A stretch of DNA of 39,949 nt, from positions 1 through 39,949 of the forward strand of contig JANMLN010000189.1 of the NCBI GenBank assembly GCA_031372565.1, read 5' to 3'. Both the position numbers and the translations under genes were made by a program. This document shows, piece after piece, positions 21,525 to 29,906 of this stretch. Under the pieces are notes generated by a model. The model was not told where the DNA came from, ran no database searches, and was given only the letters and a program-made list of their open reading frames with translations. The DNA comes from Gemmatimonadota bacterium (GTDB taxonomy: Bacteria; Gemmatimonadota; Gemmatimonadetes; Gemmatimonadales; Gemmatimonadaceae). The first letter of the stretch is position 1; each line of letters opens with the position of its first letter.

Positions 21525-24446
21525 ATGTCCTTGTCGCTGCCCACCCTTCGCCGCCCCCTCTTCGTGCTGGCGGCCACCGTCCTGCTGGCCTCCCGCCTCG
21601 CGGGGCAGTCCCAGAAGCAGGACGAGGAGTACACGAAGAAGATCAAGGAGTATCTCCAGGACCCGCGCATCACCACGGAGCTGGTCGACCACCTGCCCGC
21701 CTCCAGCACGGTCCCGAGTCCGCTCAAGTTCCACGGACGCATCATCGGAACGCCCGGAGAACTCACCTACGCCAAGGACATCCAGCGCTACTACGAGGCA
21801 CTCGCCAAGGCCTCGCCGCGCGCCAAGAGCTGGGTGATGGGGAAGTCGGAAGAAGGGCGCGACATGGTCGTCATCGCCATCGCGGACGAGCGCACGATCC
21901 GCGACCTCGACCGGTACAAGGCGCTGGTCGCGCAGCTCACCGACCCTCGCACGACATCGGACGAGAAGGCCAAGGCGCTGCAGGCGCAGGCCAAGCCGAT
22001 CTACTGGATCACGAGCGGGATGCACTCCCCCGAGACCGGTGGCCCCGAGATGCTGCAGGAACTCGCCTACCGGCTCATCGTCGAGGAGACGCCGTTCATC
22101 CAGCAGATCCGGAACAACATGATCGTGCTGATCACCCCGGTCATCGAGGTCGACGGGCGCGAGAAGCAGGTGGACACCTACTACTACAACAAGAAACTGC
22201 CCACGGGGTCGACGCGGCTCCCGCTCATGTATTGGGGCAAGTACGTCGCGCATGACAACAACCGCGACAACATCGGCCAGTACCTCGCGCTGACCCGGCA
22301 CGTCAACACCTTCTTCCTCGATTGGCATCCGCAGATCATGCACGACCTGCACGAGGCGCAGTCGTACCTGTACGCCTCGACCGGAACGGGGCCGTACAAC
22401 GAGGCCATCGACCCGATCACGATCAGCGAATGGTGGACGCTGGCGCAACACGAGGTGCTGGAGATGACCAAGCGCAACGTGCCCGGCGTCTTCACGTACG
22501 GCTTCTACGACGGGTGGGTGCCGAACTACATGTTCTTCGCGGCGCACGCGCACAACGCGACCGGCCGTTTCTACGAGGTGCAGTCCTACGGCCCCGACAC
22601 CAGCACCGTCCGCCTCGGCGCAACCACCACGAGCCGCGAATGGTTCCGTCCGAATCCGCCGCTCCCCTCGATCAAGTGGGGCCCGCGCAACAACACCAAC
22701 ATCCAGCAGTCGGCCCTCCTGCTCGCGCTCAACCACGTGGCCCGCAACAAGGAGAGTTACCTCGAGAACTACTGGCTCAAGAACAAGCGGCAGGTCGAGA
22801 AGGGGAAAGCCGGTCCGGTCTACGCGTGGGTGATTCCAGCCGGCCAGCGCCGCAAGGGCGAAGTCGCCGACGTCGTCAATGCACTCCGCTTTCAAGGGCT
22901 CGAGTTCCACACGGCCAACGCGGATATCAAGGCCGGCACACTCGAGATCAAGAAGGGCGACTACATCATCCGGGCCGACCAACCCTATCGCATCATTCCC
23001 GAGATGTACTTCTCGGTGCAGAACTACCCCGCCGCCAACCCGCGCCCCTACGACGACACCGGCTGGACGACGCAGCTCATGCGCAACTTCCAGGTGATCG
23101 AGTGTACCGACAAGTCGATCCAGTCGGCCGCCATGTCCCCCGTCATCGGCGACGTGAAGGCGCCGGGCGGCATCAGCGGTGAGGGCCCCACCATCGTGGT
23201 CGAGCACACCACCGACAACAACCTGATGGCGTTCCGGTTCCGCCATCCTGCCGTGTCGATGGCGGCCGCCGAAGAAGCGTTCGAGGCCAATGGCAAGAAG
23301 TTCGCCGCCGGAGCCTTCCTGCTCAGCGGCGCCGACCGGGCCACCGTTGAACCGACGCTCAAGCAGCTTGGCCTCACCGCCTGGGCCATGGCCGACGCGC
23401 CCAAGGTCAAGTCGCATGACCTCGACGTGCCGCGTATCGGCTACGTCCACGCATGGCAGCGCACCCAGGACGAAGGGTGGGTGCGCGCCGCACTCGACAC
23501 GTACGGCGTGCCCTACACCTACTTCGCCGACCAGAAGCTGCGCGATGGCAACCTCCGCTCGCGCTACGACGTGATCATCCTCCCGCACATCGGCGGCTCC
23601 GCGATCCAGCAGGTGAACGGCGTTCCGAAGACGGGGCCGACACCGCTGCCCTACAAGAAGTCTGCGGCGACCCCCAACCTTGGCGCGCTCGACGAGAGTG
23701 ACGACATCCGCGGCGGGATGGGCATCGAGGGACTCGCCGAACTCGCGCGGTTCGTGCGGGACGGAGGGACGCTTCTCGTCGAGGGCTCCACGGCCACCAT
23801 CTTCCCGGCCTTCGGCATCACGTCCGGCGTCACGGTCGAGCAGCCGGCCGGACTGTTCGTGCGCGGCTCGATCATGCGCGGCATCCTCACCGACAAGAAG
23901 AGTCCGATCAGCTACGGATACGAAGGGACCCAGCTGCCCGTGTACTTCAACCAGGACCCCGTCCTGAGCGCTGGCGGAGGCGGTGTGCCGGCGGAACTCG
24001 CGAACGTCCTCGGTGGAGCGGGGGGCCCGAGCCAGAACATCACGCCCATGGCCACCAAGCAGCAACTCTCACCGTGGGTCGGTGACTCGGCCGCGCCCGC
24101 CGCCGGTGGCCGCGCCGGTGCGGCGGCTGCCGCTGGGACGAGTGACGCCGCCGCGCTGGCGTCGATGGCCCGACAGCTCGGGGTCGCCAACGATGAATCG
24201 CGCCCCCGCGTGATCATGAGCTTCCCGCAGAACACCGCCGACATGCTGCTCTCGGGGGTGCTGTCCAACGGGCAAGGGCTCGCGGGCAAGGCGCAGGTGG
24301 TCGATGCGCCGGTCGGGAAGGGGCATGTCGTGATGTTCGCCATCCGCCCGTTCTGGCGCTGGCAAACGCAGGGTAGCTACTTCCTCGGCTTCAACGCCAT
24401 CCTGAACTGGAACGATCTCGACACCGGAAAGCCGGAGCGTCGCTGA
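21525..24446 (+). CDS. Secreted M14-family zinc carboxypeptidase with a C-terminal GATase-like domain
   Basis: Signal peptide; GKSEEGR, HSPE (HxxE), DNNRD and DLHE motifs; later YDVIILP...FVRDGGTL. Confidence 0.88.
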   Translation: MSLSLPTLRRPLFVLAATVLLASRLAGQSQKQDEEYTKKIKEYLQDPRITTELVDHLPASSTVPSPLKFHGRIIGTPGELTYAKDIQRYYEALAKASPRAKSWVMGKSEEGRDMVVIAIADERTIRDLDRYKALVAQLTDPRTTSDEKAKALQAQAKPIYWITSGMHSPETGGPEMLQELAYRLIVEETPFIQQIRNNMIVLITPVIEVDGREKQVDTYYYNKKLPTGSTRLPLMYWGKYVAHDNNRDNIGQYLALTRHVNTFFLDWHPQIMHDLHEAQSYLYASTGTGPYNEAIDPITISEWWTLAQHEVLEMTKRNVPGVFTYGFYDGWVPNYMFFAAHAHNATGRFYEVQSYGPDTSTVRLGATTTSREWFRPNPPLPSIKWGPRNNTNIQQSALLLALNHVARNKESYLENYWLKNKRQVEKGKAGPVYAWVIPAGQRRKGEVADVVNALRFQGLEFHTANADIKAGTLEIKKGDYIIRADQPYRIIPEMYFSVQNYPAANPRPYDDTGWTTQLMRNFQVIECTDKSIQSAAMSPVIGDVKAPGGISGEGPTIVVEHTTDNNLMAFRFRHPAVSMAAAEEAFEANGKKFAAGAFLLSGADRATVEPTLKQLGLTAWAMADAPKVKSHDLDVPRIGYVHAWQRTQDEGWVRAALDTYGVPYTYFADQKLRDGNLRSRYDVIILPHIGGSAIQQVNGVPKTGPTPLPYKKSAATPNLGALDESDDIRGGMGIEGLAELARFVRDGGTLLVEGSTATIFPAFGITSGVTVEQPAGLFVRGSIMRGILTDKKSPISYGYEGTQLPVYFNQDPVLSAGGGGVPAELANVLGGAGGPSQNITPMATKQQLSPWVGDSAAPAAGGRAGAAAAAGTSDAAALASMARQLGVANDESRPRVIMSFPQNTADMLLSGVLSNGQGLAGKAQVVDAPVGKGHVVMFAIRPFWRWQTQGSYFLGFNAILNWNDLDTGKPERR

Positions 24447-24520
24447 TGTCGTCCTGAGCGCAGCGAAGGACCTGCTTGTCGCGAGCAAGAAGCAGATCCT
24501 TCGCTGCGCTCAGGATGACA
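24447..24520. repeat. REP-like inverted doublet, copy 3, filling the whole gap between convergent stop codons
   Basis: Arms at 24447-24477 and 24490-24520 are identical to the arms of copy 2; the 12-nt spacer differs. Confidence 0.92.
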
Positions 24521-25207
24521 CTACCGCTCGGCCACGATCCCGTCCGTGCGGTACACGGTCGCGAACTCCCGCTTCAGCGCATCCAGCTTCGGCAGGTCGT
24601 TGTACACGATGTACGGCTGATTGGGATGCAAGGCGAGATAGTTCTGATGGTACGCCTCGGCATCGTGGAAGCGCGCGAGCGGCGCCACTTCGGTGACGAT
24701 TGGCCGTCGGTAGACCTTGGCCGCGGTCAACTGCGCGATGTACCCCTTGACCGCGTCGGCCTGCGCCGTCGTGCGCGTGTAGATCGCTGAGCGATACTGC
24801 GTGCCCACGTCCGGCCCCTGGCGATTCAGCTCGGTGGGATCGTGCGCCACGGAGAAGAACACCTTGAGGAGGGTGCCGTACGACACGACCGCCGGGTCGT
24901 AGATCACGCGCACCGCTTCGGCGTGTCCCGTTCGACCGGAACTCACGGACTCGTAGTCCGGGTTGGCGGCCGTGCCCCCGGCGTACCCCGAGACCGAACT
25001 CGTCACGCCGCGGACATGGCGGAAGACCGCTTCAACCCCCCAGAAGCACCCGCCGGCGAACACGGCGGTGTCCAGGGGAGCTCCTGCCGCCACGGTGGCT
25101 GAGGGCGCAGGATCGGGGAGCGCAGGCCGCGCATCGGCGCGCTCGCAGGCGGTCACGGAGAGCGCGGTCAGGGCGGCCAGGGCGAACGCACGTGGTGAAT
25201 GTGTCAT
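24521..25207 (-). CDS. msrA: Peptide-methionine (S)-S-oxide reductase, predicted lipoprotein
   Basis: AGGCFWG, GYAGG, TGHAE, HDPT..NRQGPDVGTQYRSAI and AEAYHQNY motifs; signal peptide ending LSVTAC. Confidence 0.94.
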   Translation of the reverse strand: MTHSPRAFALAALTALSVTACERADARPALPDPAPSATVAAGAPLDTAVFAGGCFWGVEAVFRHVRGVTSSVSGYAGGTAANPDYESVSSGRTGHAEAVRVIYDPAVVSYGTLLKVFFSVAHDPTELNRQGPDVGTQYRSAIYTRTTAQADAVKGYIAQLTAAKVYRRPIVTEVAPLARFHDAEAYHQNYLALHPNQPYIVYNDLPKLDALKREFATVYRTDGIVAER

Positions 25208-25251
25208 GCACAGGGTATGCGCGATAACGCCTGAAGGTTCCCAACGCTCGC

Positions 25252-25695
25252 TCAGCGCAACACCACGACCGGCGATATGGCCGCTCCGCCGGTCGTGCCC
25301 AGGCGCAGTCGATAACTCCCGGGCACCAGCAGTTGGGCGCCCCCACCGGTCAGCGTGCTGTCGCCGGCACCGACAGGGGATGCGGGTACGCCGCATGGAT
25401 TCGGCAGACCGCTGATGGTCTGCCACCCGGAGCCCGTCCACCGTTCATAGAGGGCCTGGCGTTCACCGCATCCACCGCCCTGCAGCGTGATCGCGACCGC
25501 CGTGCGATTCACGAACATCGCGGGGAACCCGGAGTCACGAACCATGGCGGTCGTCGATGCGGTCTGAATCGGCCGGAGCGTCAGCGCAGTGGTCGTTCCC
25601 GATCCGTCAGGTGGCAGCGCAGGGGCACTGGGCCCGTCGCATGCGATGGCAAGGGCGAGGGAAACGCCCGCGAGCGCGCTGCAGCGTCTCATCAT
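25252..25695 (-). CDS. Hypothetical small lipoprotein, possibly Ig-like
   Basis: Lipobox-like LAIAC, a linker and a beta-rich domain ending PGSYRLRL; fills the gap between msrA and the PTS IIA gene on the same strand. Confidence 0.6.
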   Translation of the reverse strand: MMRRCSALAGVSLALAIACDGPSAPALPPDGSGTTTALTLRPIQTASTTAMVRDSGFPAMFVNRTAVAITLQGGGCGERQALYERWTGSGWQTISGLPNPCGVPASPVGAGDSTLTGGGAQLLVPGSYRLRLGTTGGAAISPVVVLR

Positions 25696-25752
25696 GCCGA
25701 GCCATACCTCACCGCGAGCCCCGGCGTCACGGCGCGCCGGGCCACGACGACG

Positions 25753-26205
25753 CTAGACGCCCTTCTCCTTCAACAGCTCCATGAACTGCGCCGGTTCGGT
25801 GATCGAGAGCAACCGCTCCGGCACGTCCGGCTCCTTGCTGAACTGGGCAATCTTTCCCAGCACCGGCAGGTACTGGTTCGACACCTCGAGCGGCGGTGCG
25901 ACGATCAGGAAGAAGAACTGCACCGGCTTGTCATCGATGGCGCGGAAATCGAGTCCCGCCGTCTTGCGGCCGAACGCGACCCGCAGCTTGGTCACGACCA
26001 GCGAACGACAGTGGGGAATCGCGATGCCGCGACCGATTCCGGTGGAGCCCAGATTCTCGCGCCGCTTGAGCATCTTGAACAGCATCGCCTCGGACTTGTC
26101 ATCGAGCTTGAGCAGCGCGATCAACTCCTTGAGGACGTCGTCCTTTGTGCTCCCTTCAAGATCGAGTTTGATCGCGTCTTCGGCGAAGAACTCTCGCAGT
26201 TCCAT
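25753..26205 (-). CDS. PTS IIA domain protein (Ntr/fructose-mannitol type)
   Basis: RRENLGSTGIGRGIAIPH signature with the phospho-His, and FRAIDDKPV. Confidence 0.93.
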   Translation of the reverse strand: MELREFFAEDAIKLDLEGSTKDDVLKELIALLKLDDKSEAMLFKMLKRRENLGSTGIGRGIAIPHCRSLVVTKLRVAFGRKTAGLDFRAIDDKPVQFFFLIVAPPLEVSNQYLPVLGKIAQFSKEPDVPERLLSITEPAQFMELLKEKGV

Positions 26206-26278
26206 GCGCTGGCGTCGTGGCGGAGGCTCAAGCAAGGCGGCGCGCGGTCTCGCGACTGGCACCCGGGACAAGCAGAGC

Positions 26279-26307
26279 AAGCTACGAACGGTCCCAAGTC
26301 GTGTCAA
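26279..26307 (-). promoter_or_regulatory. sigma70 promoter for the PTS IIA gene
   Basis: Minus strand reads TTGACA-17 bp-TAGCTT. Confidence 0.75.
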
Positions 26308-26316
26308 ATCTTGATG

Positions 26317-26345
26317 TTGCGACGTTTCCGCAGTCGACGTAGCTT
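26317..26345 (+). promoter_or_regulatory. sigma70 promoter for dusB-GGDEF
   Basis: TTGCGA-17 bp-TAGCTT just before the dusB start (GTG 26350 or ATG 26356). Confidence 0.65.
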
Positions 26346-26355
26346 GCCTGTGGTC

Positions 26356-27387
26356 ATGCGTTTTCCATTCCCTGTCTCTGCCGCCGTACCGCTCTATCTC
26401 GCGCCCATGGCCGGGGTATCGGAATCGCCGTTTCGCCGGCTCTGCCGCCGGTACGGCGCGGACGTCGTCGTGACCGAGTTCCTGTCAGCCGAGGGGATCC
26501 GTCGCGAGAACGAGGCGACGATCGCCAAGCTCCGCTTCTCGCAGGATGAGCATCCCATCGGCGTCCAGATCTTCGGGGCCGACCCGCAGGCCATGGGCGA
26601 CGCCGCCGCGCTCGTCACCGACGTGTTCCAGCCCGACTTCGTGGACATCAACTTCGGGTGTCCGGTCAAGAAGGTCGTCCAGCGCAACGGCGGCTCCGGC
26701 TGCCTGCGCGACCTCGGGCTCGTCCAGGAGGTCATTCGCGCGGTGAAGCGCAGCACGCACCTTCCCGTGACCTGCAAGATCCGGTCGGGGTGGAACGAGG
26801 AGATGCGCGACCCCGTGACCATCGGACTGCGATGCCAGGATGCCGGGGTCACGGTGCTCGCGCTGCATCCGCGCACGCGCACGCAGATGTACACGGGGAG
26901 CGCCCGTTGGGAAGAGATCGCGGCCGTGGTCGCTGCGCTCGACATCCCCGTGCTGGGGAACGGCGACATCAAGACGCCGCACGACGCGATCCGGATGTGG
27001 CAGCAGACGCGCTGCGCCGGCATCATGATCGCGCGCGGCTCGTTCGGTCAGCCGTGGATCTTCGACCAGGTCCGCGACCTGCTCGATGGCCGTCCCATGC
27101 GCCCCACGCCCGGCGTCGCCGAGCGATTTGCGATCGCACTCGATCATGCGCGCATGGCCGAGCAATACGAAGCCGACCCGCGCGGTGCGGCCATCGAGTT
27201 TCGCAAGCATCTGGGGTGGTACGTCAAGGGATTGCCCGGATCGAGTGATCTGCGCCGCCAGTTGCACGCGGTCAACTCGATTGGCGAGGTGGAAGACATT
27301 TTCAGCACGTACCTCCACGCCGGCCCCGTGAACGACGAGCTCAGCAACGCCGACGCGACACCGGAAACCGAGGACGCCGCCGCGTGA
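26356..27387 (+). CDS. dusB: tRNA dihydrouridine synthase DusB
   Basis: LAPMAG, QIFG, DINFGCPVKKV, KIRSGW, LHPRTR, GNGDI and MIARG motifs. Confidence 0.93.
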   Translation: MRFPFPVSAAVPLYLAPMAGVSESPFRRLCRRYGADVVVTEFLSAEGIRRENEATIAKLRFSQDEHPIGVQIFGADPQAMGDAAALVTDVFQPDFVDINFGCPVKKVVQRNGGSGCLRDLGLVQEVIRAVKRSTHLPVTCKIRSGWNEEMRDPVTIGLRCQDAGVTVLALHPRTRTQMYTGSARWEEIAAVVAALDIPVLGNGDIKTPHDAIRMWQQTRCAGIMIARGSFGQPWIFDQVRDLLDGRPMRPTPGVAERFAIALDHARMAEQYEADPRGAAIEFRKHLGWYVKGLPGSSDLRRQLHAVNSIGEVEDIFSTYLHAGPVNDELSNADATPETEDAAA

Positions 27388-27403
27388 CCCCGGGTCGTCG
27401 CTC

Positions 27404-29401
27404 GTGACTGCCGCACTCACCGTGCTGCCGCTCCTGCAAGGAGCCGTGCCGGTCTCGGTCAAGCTGCTTGGCGTCTGGCCGATGTTGCTGATCACCGCCT
27501 TCGTGGTCTTTCTGGCCGCGATGCTGGCGATTCGCGAGCCGCCCCTCGACGCGGACATCGCGCGACGCATCGGCATGACCGGGATGATCCCGGCCATGAT
27601 CATCACGGTCTTCACGGGTGGGTTGCAATCCCCGGGCGTGGTGCTGGTCGCGCTCTGCACGCTCGCGATCGCCGTGCCGCGCGGCCCCGGGATGGCGCTC
27701 GTGGGCTCGGTGGCCGCCATGACGACCCTGATTGGCATCGAGGCACTCTTTACCAAGCGCATCGTGTGGGCGCCCTCGTTTCTTGCCGCCTCGGTGCTGA
27801 TCTCGACGGCGGTCATCCCGCGATGGCTCGCCGGCCGCATGCAGAAGCAGGTGGAAGCGGCCGAACGCCGAGCGCAGCAGGTGGAGGAGTTGCTGCAGCA
27901 GGGGCGCGTCGGACCACCGCCCGAGCGCCCGCAAGCGGTCGGCTTGCCACGCATGCAGGACGCGGCCGGTTCGCCGGTCATCACCTACCTGCGCATGCTC
28001 CGCGACACGGTCGGCGCCGATGACGCCGTGGTCTGGCGCCCGCGTGTCGACGATGCCGGCGTCCTTGTGCCATGGGCGTGGAGTGGCGAGGAGACGAACG
28101 GTCCCGCCGCCTTCCGCATGGAAGAATGGCAGCCGCTGGTGGTGTGGGCGGCCGACAACGGAAACGTGAACTTCGATGCGAGCGGCGGCATGCCGTGCCT
28201 CGCGGCGATCGCGATTCCGCCACGCATCGGTGCGTTGGCCGGTGGCGCGGTGTCGGTGTCGCACCGGAGCGGCCTCCGACAGGACCGGGACGAGCTCAAG
28301 CGGTGGCTGCCCCGCCACGCCGACCATCTGGCCGATATGCTGGCGCTGGTCGAGAGCGGCGACGAGGTCTCGCGTCAGAACGCCACCACGCTGGCCCTCC
28401 TGCAGGCCGCCACCGACTTCCAGAAGAGCCGCTCGATCGAAACGCTCGGCGCGGAGATCTGCCAGAGTGCCCTCGACGTGACGGGTGCCGCGCACGCAAC
28501 CTTGGTGCGCTGGATCGCCGACGAGCGCAAGGGCACGGTGCAGGCGGCGAGCCCCAACGCGCCGGTGCGCGTCGGACTTGTGATTACCGACGACTCCGCC
28601 GTGGGCGGCAGCTGCCGCGAGGCCACCCCGCTCACGTGGGAGGACGCCCGCGAACTGTCCCGCCTGGCCGTTGTGTACGGGAGGGCCGAACCGCGTCGCG
28701 CCGTCGCGTCGCTCGGTGTGGTGCCGCTCGTGCGTCCCGAGGGGGTCGTGGGGGCCATCGTGGTCGAGGGCGATGACATCAACCGCGTGCGCGGCGAGTC
28801 GGTGCGCGCCCTGCGTCTGCTTGGCGCGATCGCCGCGGTCTCGTTGGAATCGCAGTTCGAGTACGAGGAAGTCGAGCGGCGGGCACGCACGGACGTGCTG
28901 ACCGGGCTCTCGAACCGGCGCTTCTTCGAGGAGCAGATCGAGCGGCTCCTCGACGAGTGCGATCGCTACGGTGGGCCGGTGTCACTCGTGGTCGCGGATC
29001 TGGACCACTTCAAGAAGGTGAATGACACGTACGGGCACGACGTCGGCGACGCCGTGCTGCAGCACGTGGCCAAGGCGTTCAAGGATGGCGTGCGCACCGT
29101 GGATATCGTGACGCGCTACGGCGGCGAGGAGATCGCCTGCCTCTTGCCGCAGACAGATCTGGTGGGCGCGAAGGAGTTCGCCGAACGGATGCGGAAATCG
29201 ATCGAGTCACGCACCGTTCAGGTCAAGTCGCACAACATCCCGGTGACCTGTTCGTTCGGTGTGGCCACCTATGGTGGCGCCGTGCCACTCCCGCGCAGCG
29301 AGCTGTTCTCGCTCGCCGACCGCGCGCTCTATCGGTCAAAGGAGCAGGGGAGAAATCGTGTCAGCGCGCACGATGCAACCGATGGCGCACCAACGACTTG
29401 A
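27404..29401 (+). CDS. Membrane-anchored GAF-GGDEF diguanylate cyclase
   Basis: N-terminal TMs, GAF-like segment(s), TDVLTGLSNRR, DLDHFKKVNDTYGH, I-site RTVD and active site RYGGEEI. Confidence 0.92.
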   Translation: MTAALTVLPLLQGAVPVSVKLLGVWPMLLITAFVVFLAAMLAIREPPLDADIARRIGMTGMIPAMIITVFTGGLQSPGVVLVALCTLAIAVPRGPGMALVGSVAAMTTLIGIEALFTKRIVWAPSFLAASVLISTAVIPRWLAGRMQKQVEAAERRAQQVEELLQQGRVGPPPERPQAVGLPRMQDAAGSPVITYLRMLRDTVGADDAVVWRPRVDDAGVLVPWAWSGEETNGPAAFRMEEWQPLVVWAADNGNVNFDASGGMPCLAAIAIPPRIGALAGGAVSVSHRSGLRQDRDELKRWLPRHADHLADMLALVESGDEVSRQNATTLALLQAATDFQKSRSIETLGAEICQSALDVTGAAHATLVRWIADERKGTVQAASPNAPVRVGLVITDDSAVGGSCREATPLTWEDARELSRLAVVYGRAEPRRAVASLGVVPLVRPEGVVGAIVVEGDDINRVRGESVRALRLLGAIAAVSLESQFEYEEVERRARTDVLTGLSNRRFFEEQIERLLDECDRYGGPVSLVVADLDHFKKVNDTYGHDVGDAVLQHVAKAFKDGVRTVDIVTRYGGEEIACLLPQTDLVGAKEFAERMRKSIESRTVQVKSHNIPVTCSFGVATYGGAVPLPRSELFSLADRALYRSKEQGRNRVSAHDATDGAPTT

Positions 29402-29413
29402 CACTGGTGGCCA

Positions 29414-29442
29414 TTGTCATCGATGGCGCGGTGTACTACATT
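29414..29442 (+). promoter_or_regulatory. sigma70 promoter of ssrA
   Basis: TTGTCA-17 bp-TACATT, ending 15 nt before the mature tmRNA 5' end. Confidence 0.7.
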
Positions 29443-29457
29443 CACGGAAGTAGTTCA

Positions 29458-29814
29458 GGGGGCGACCGGCTTCGATTGTGTCGGTGACCTCGTGGCTGCG
29501 TGCTCAGGTGCCGGACCCTGGTGAATCCTTCGGCAAAACACTAACTGCCAACACTGAAATGGCTCTCGCCGCGTAACCTTCGGGTTGCAAGGCGCTGCCA
29601 CGAAGGGAGCCCCTCCCGGGGCGGCCTTCGTCGGTATCATAGTTCCGGGATAGCGGACCGTCACGCCGTCGGGCGGTTCGCGAAATCTAGACGGCTCACC
29701 TGAGTGTGGGTGGCCTGCTGGCCAGCGCTCGGGAACATCAATCAGCAGGATACGCACGTAGATGCCGTGAGCAATCCAATGCAAGACGGGAGTTCAACTC
29801 TCCCCGCCTCCACC
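29458..29814 (+). ncRNA. ssrA: tmRNA, tag peptide (A)ANTEMALAA encoded at 29547-29576
   Basis: Acceptor GGGGGCG/CGCCTCC with G3.U70 and discriminator A; T arm GGGAG-TTCAACT-CTCCC; TAACT before resume codon GCC; tag ends LAA-TAA. Confidence 0.96.
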
Positions 29815-29828
29815 TGCTCGACCTGACG

Positions 29829-29868
29829 CGAAGGGCGGCCTCCCCACGGGAGCCGCCCTTCGTCGTTT
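29829..29868 (+). terminator. Intrinsic terminator after ssrA, possibly bidirectional
   Basis: CGAAGGGCGGC-c-TCCC-cac-GGGA-GCCGCCCTTCG followed by TCGTTT, between convergent genes. Confidence 0.75.
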
Positions 29869-29906
29869 CGCTGGTTCCCGTGGAGCCGGTCGCGCGCCCG
29901 ACAGGC

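Noticed and set aside
16947..24520. 31-bp repeats with variable spacers read as a CRISPR array
   Set aside because: The arms are inverted and dispersed over kilobases, spacers are only 12-17 nt, and there are no cas genes.
25333..26355. Long N-terminal extensions in the ORF track (dusB, also folC, guaA, M16, purL)
   Set aside because: They overlap neighbouring genes, and family similarity starts only at the downstream starts used here.
29398..29403. Perfect TTGACA over the GGDEF stop codon
   Set aside because: No -10 at 16-18 bp; TTGTCA-17-TACATT just downstream fits ssrA better.
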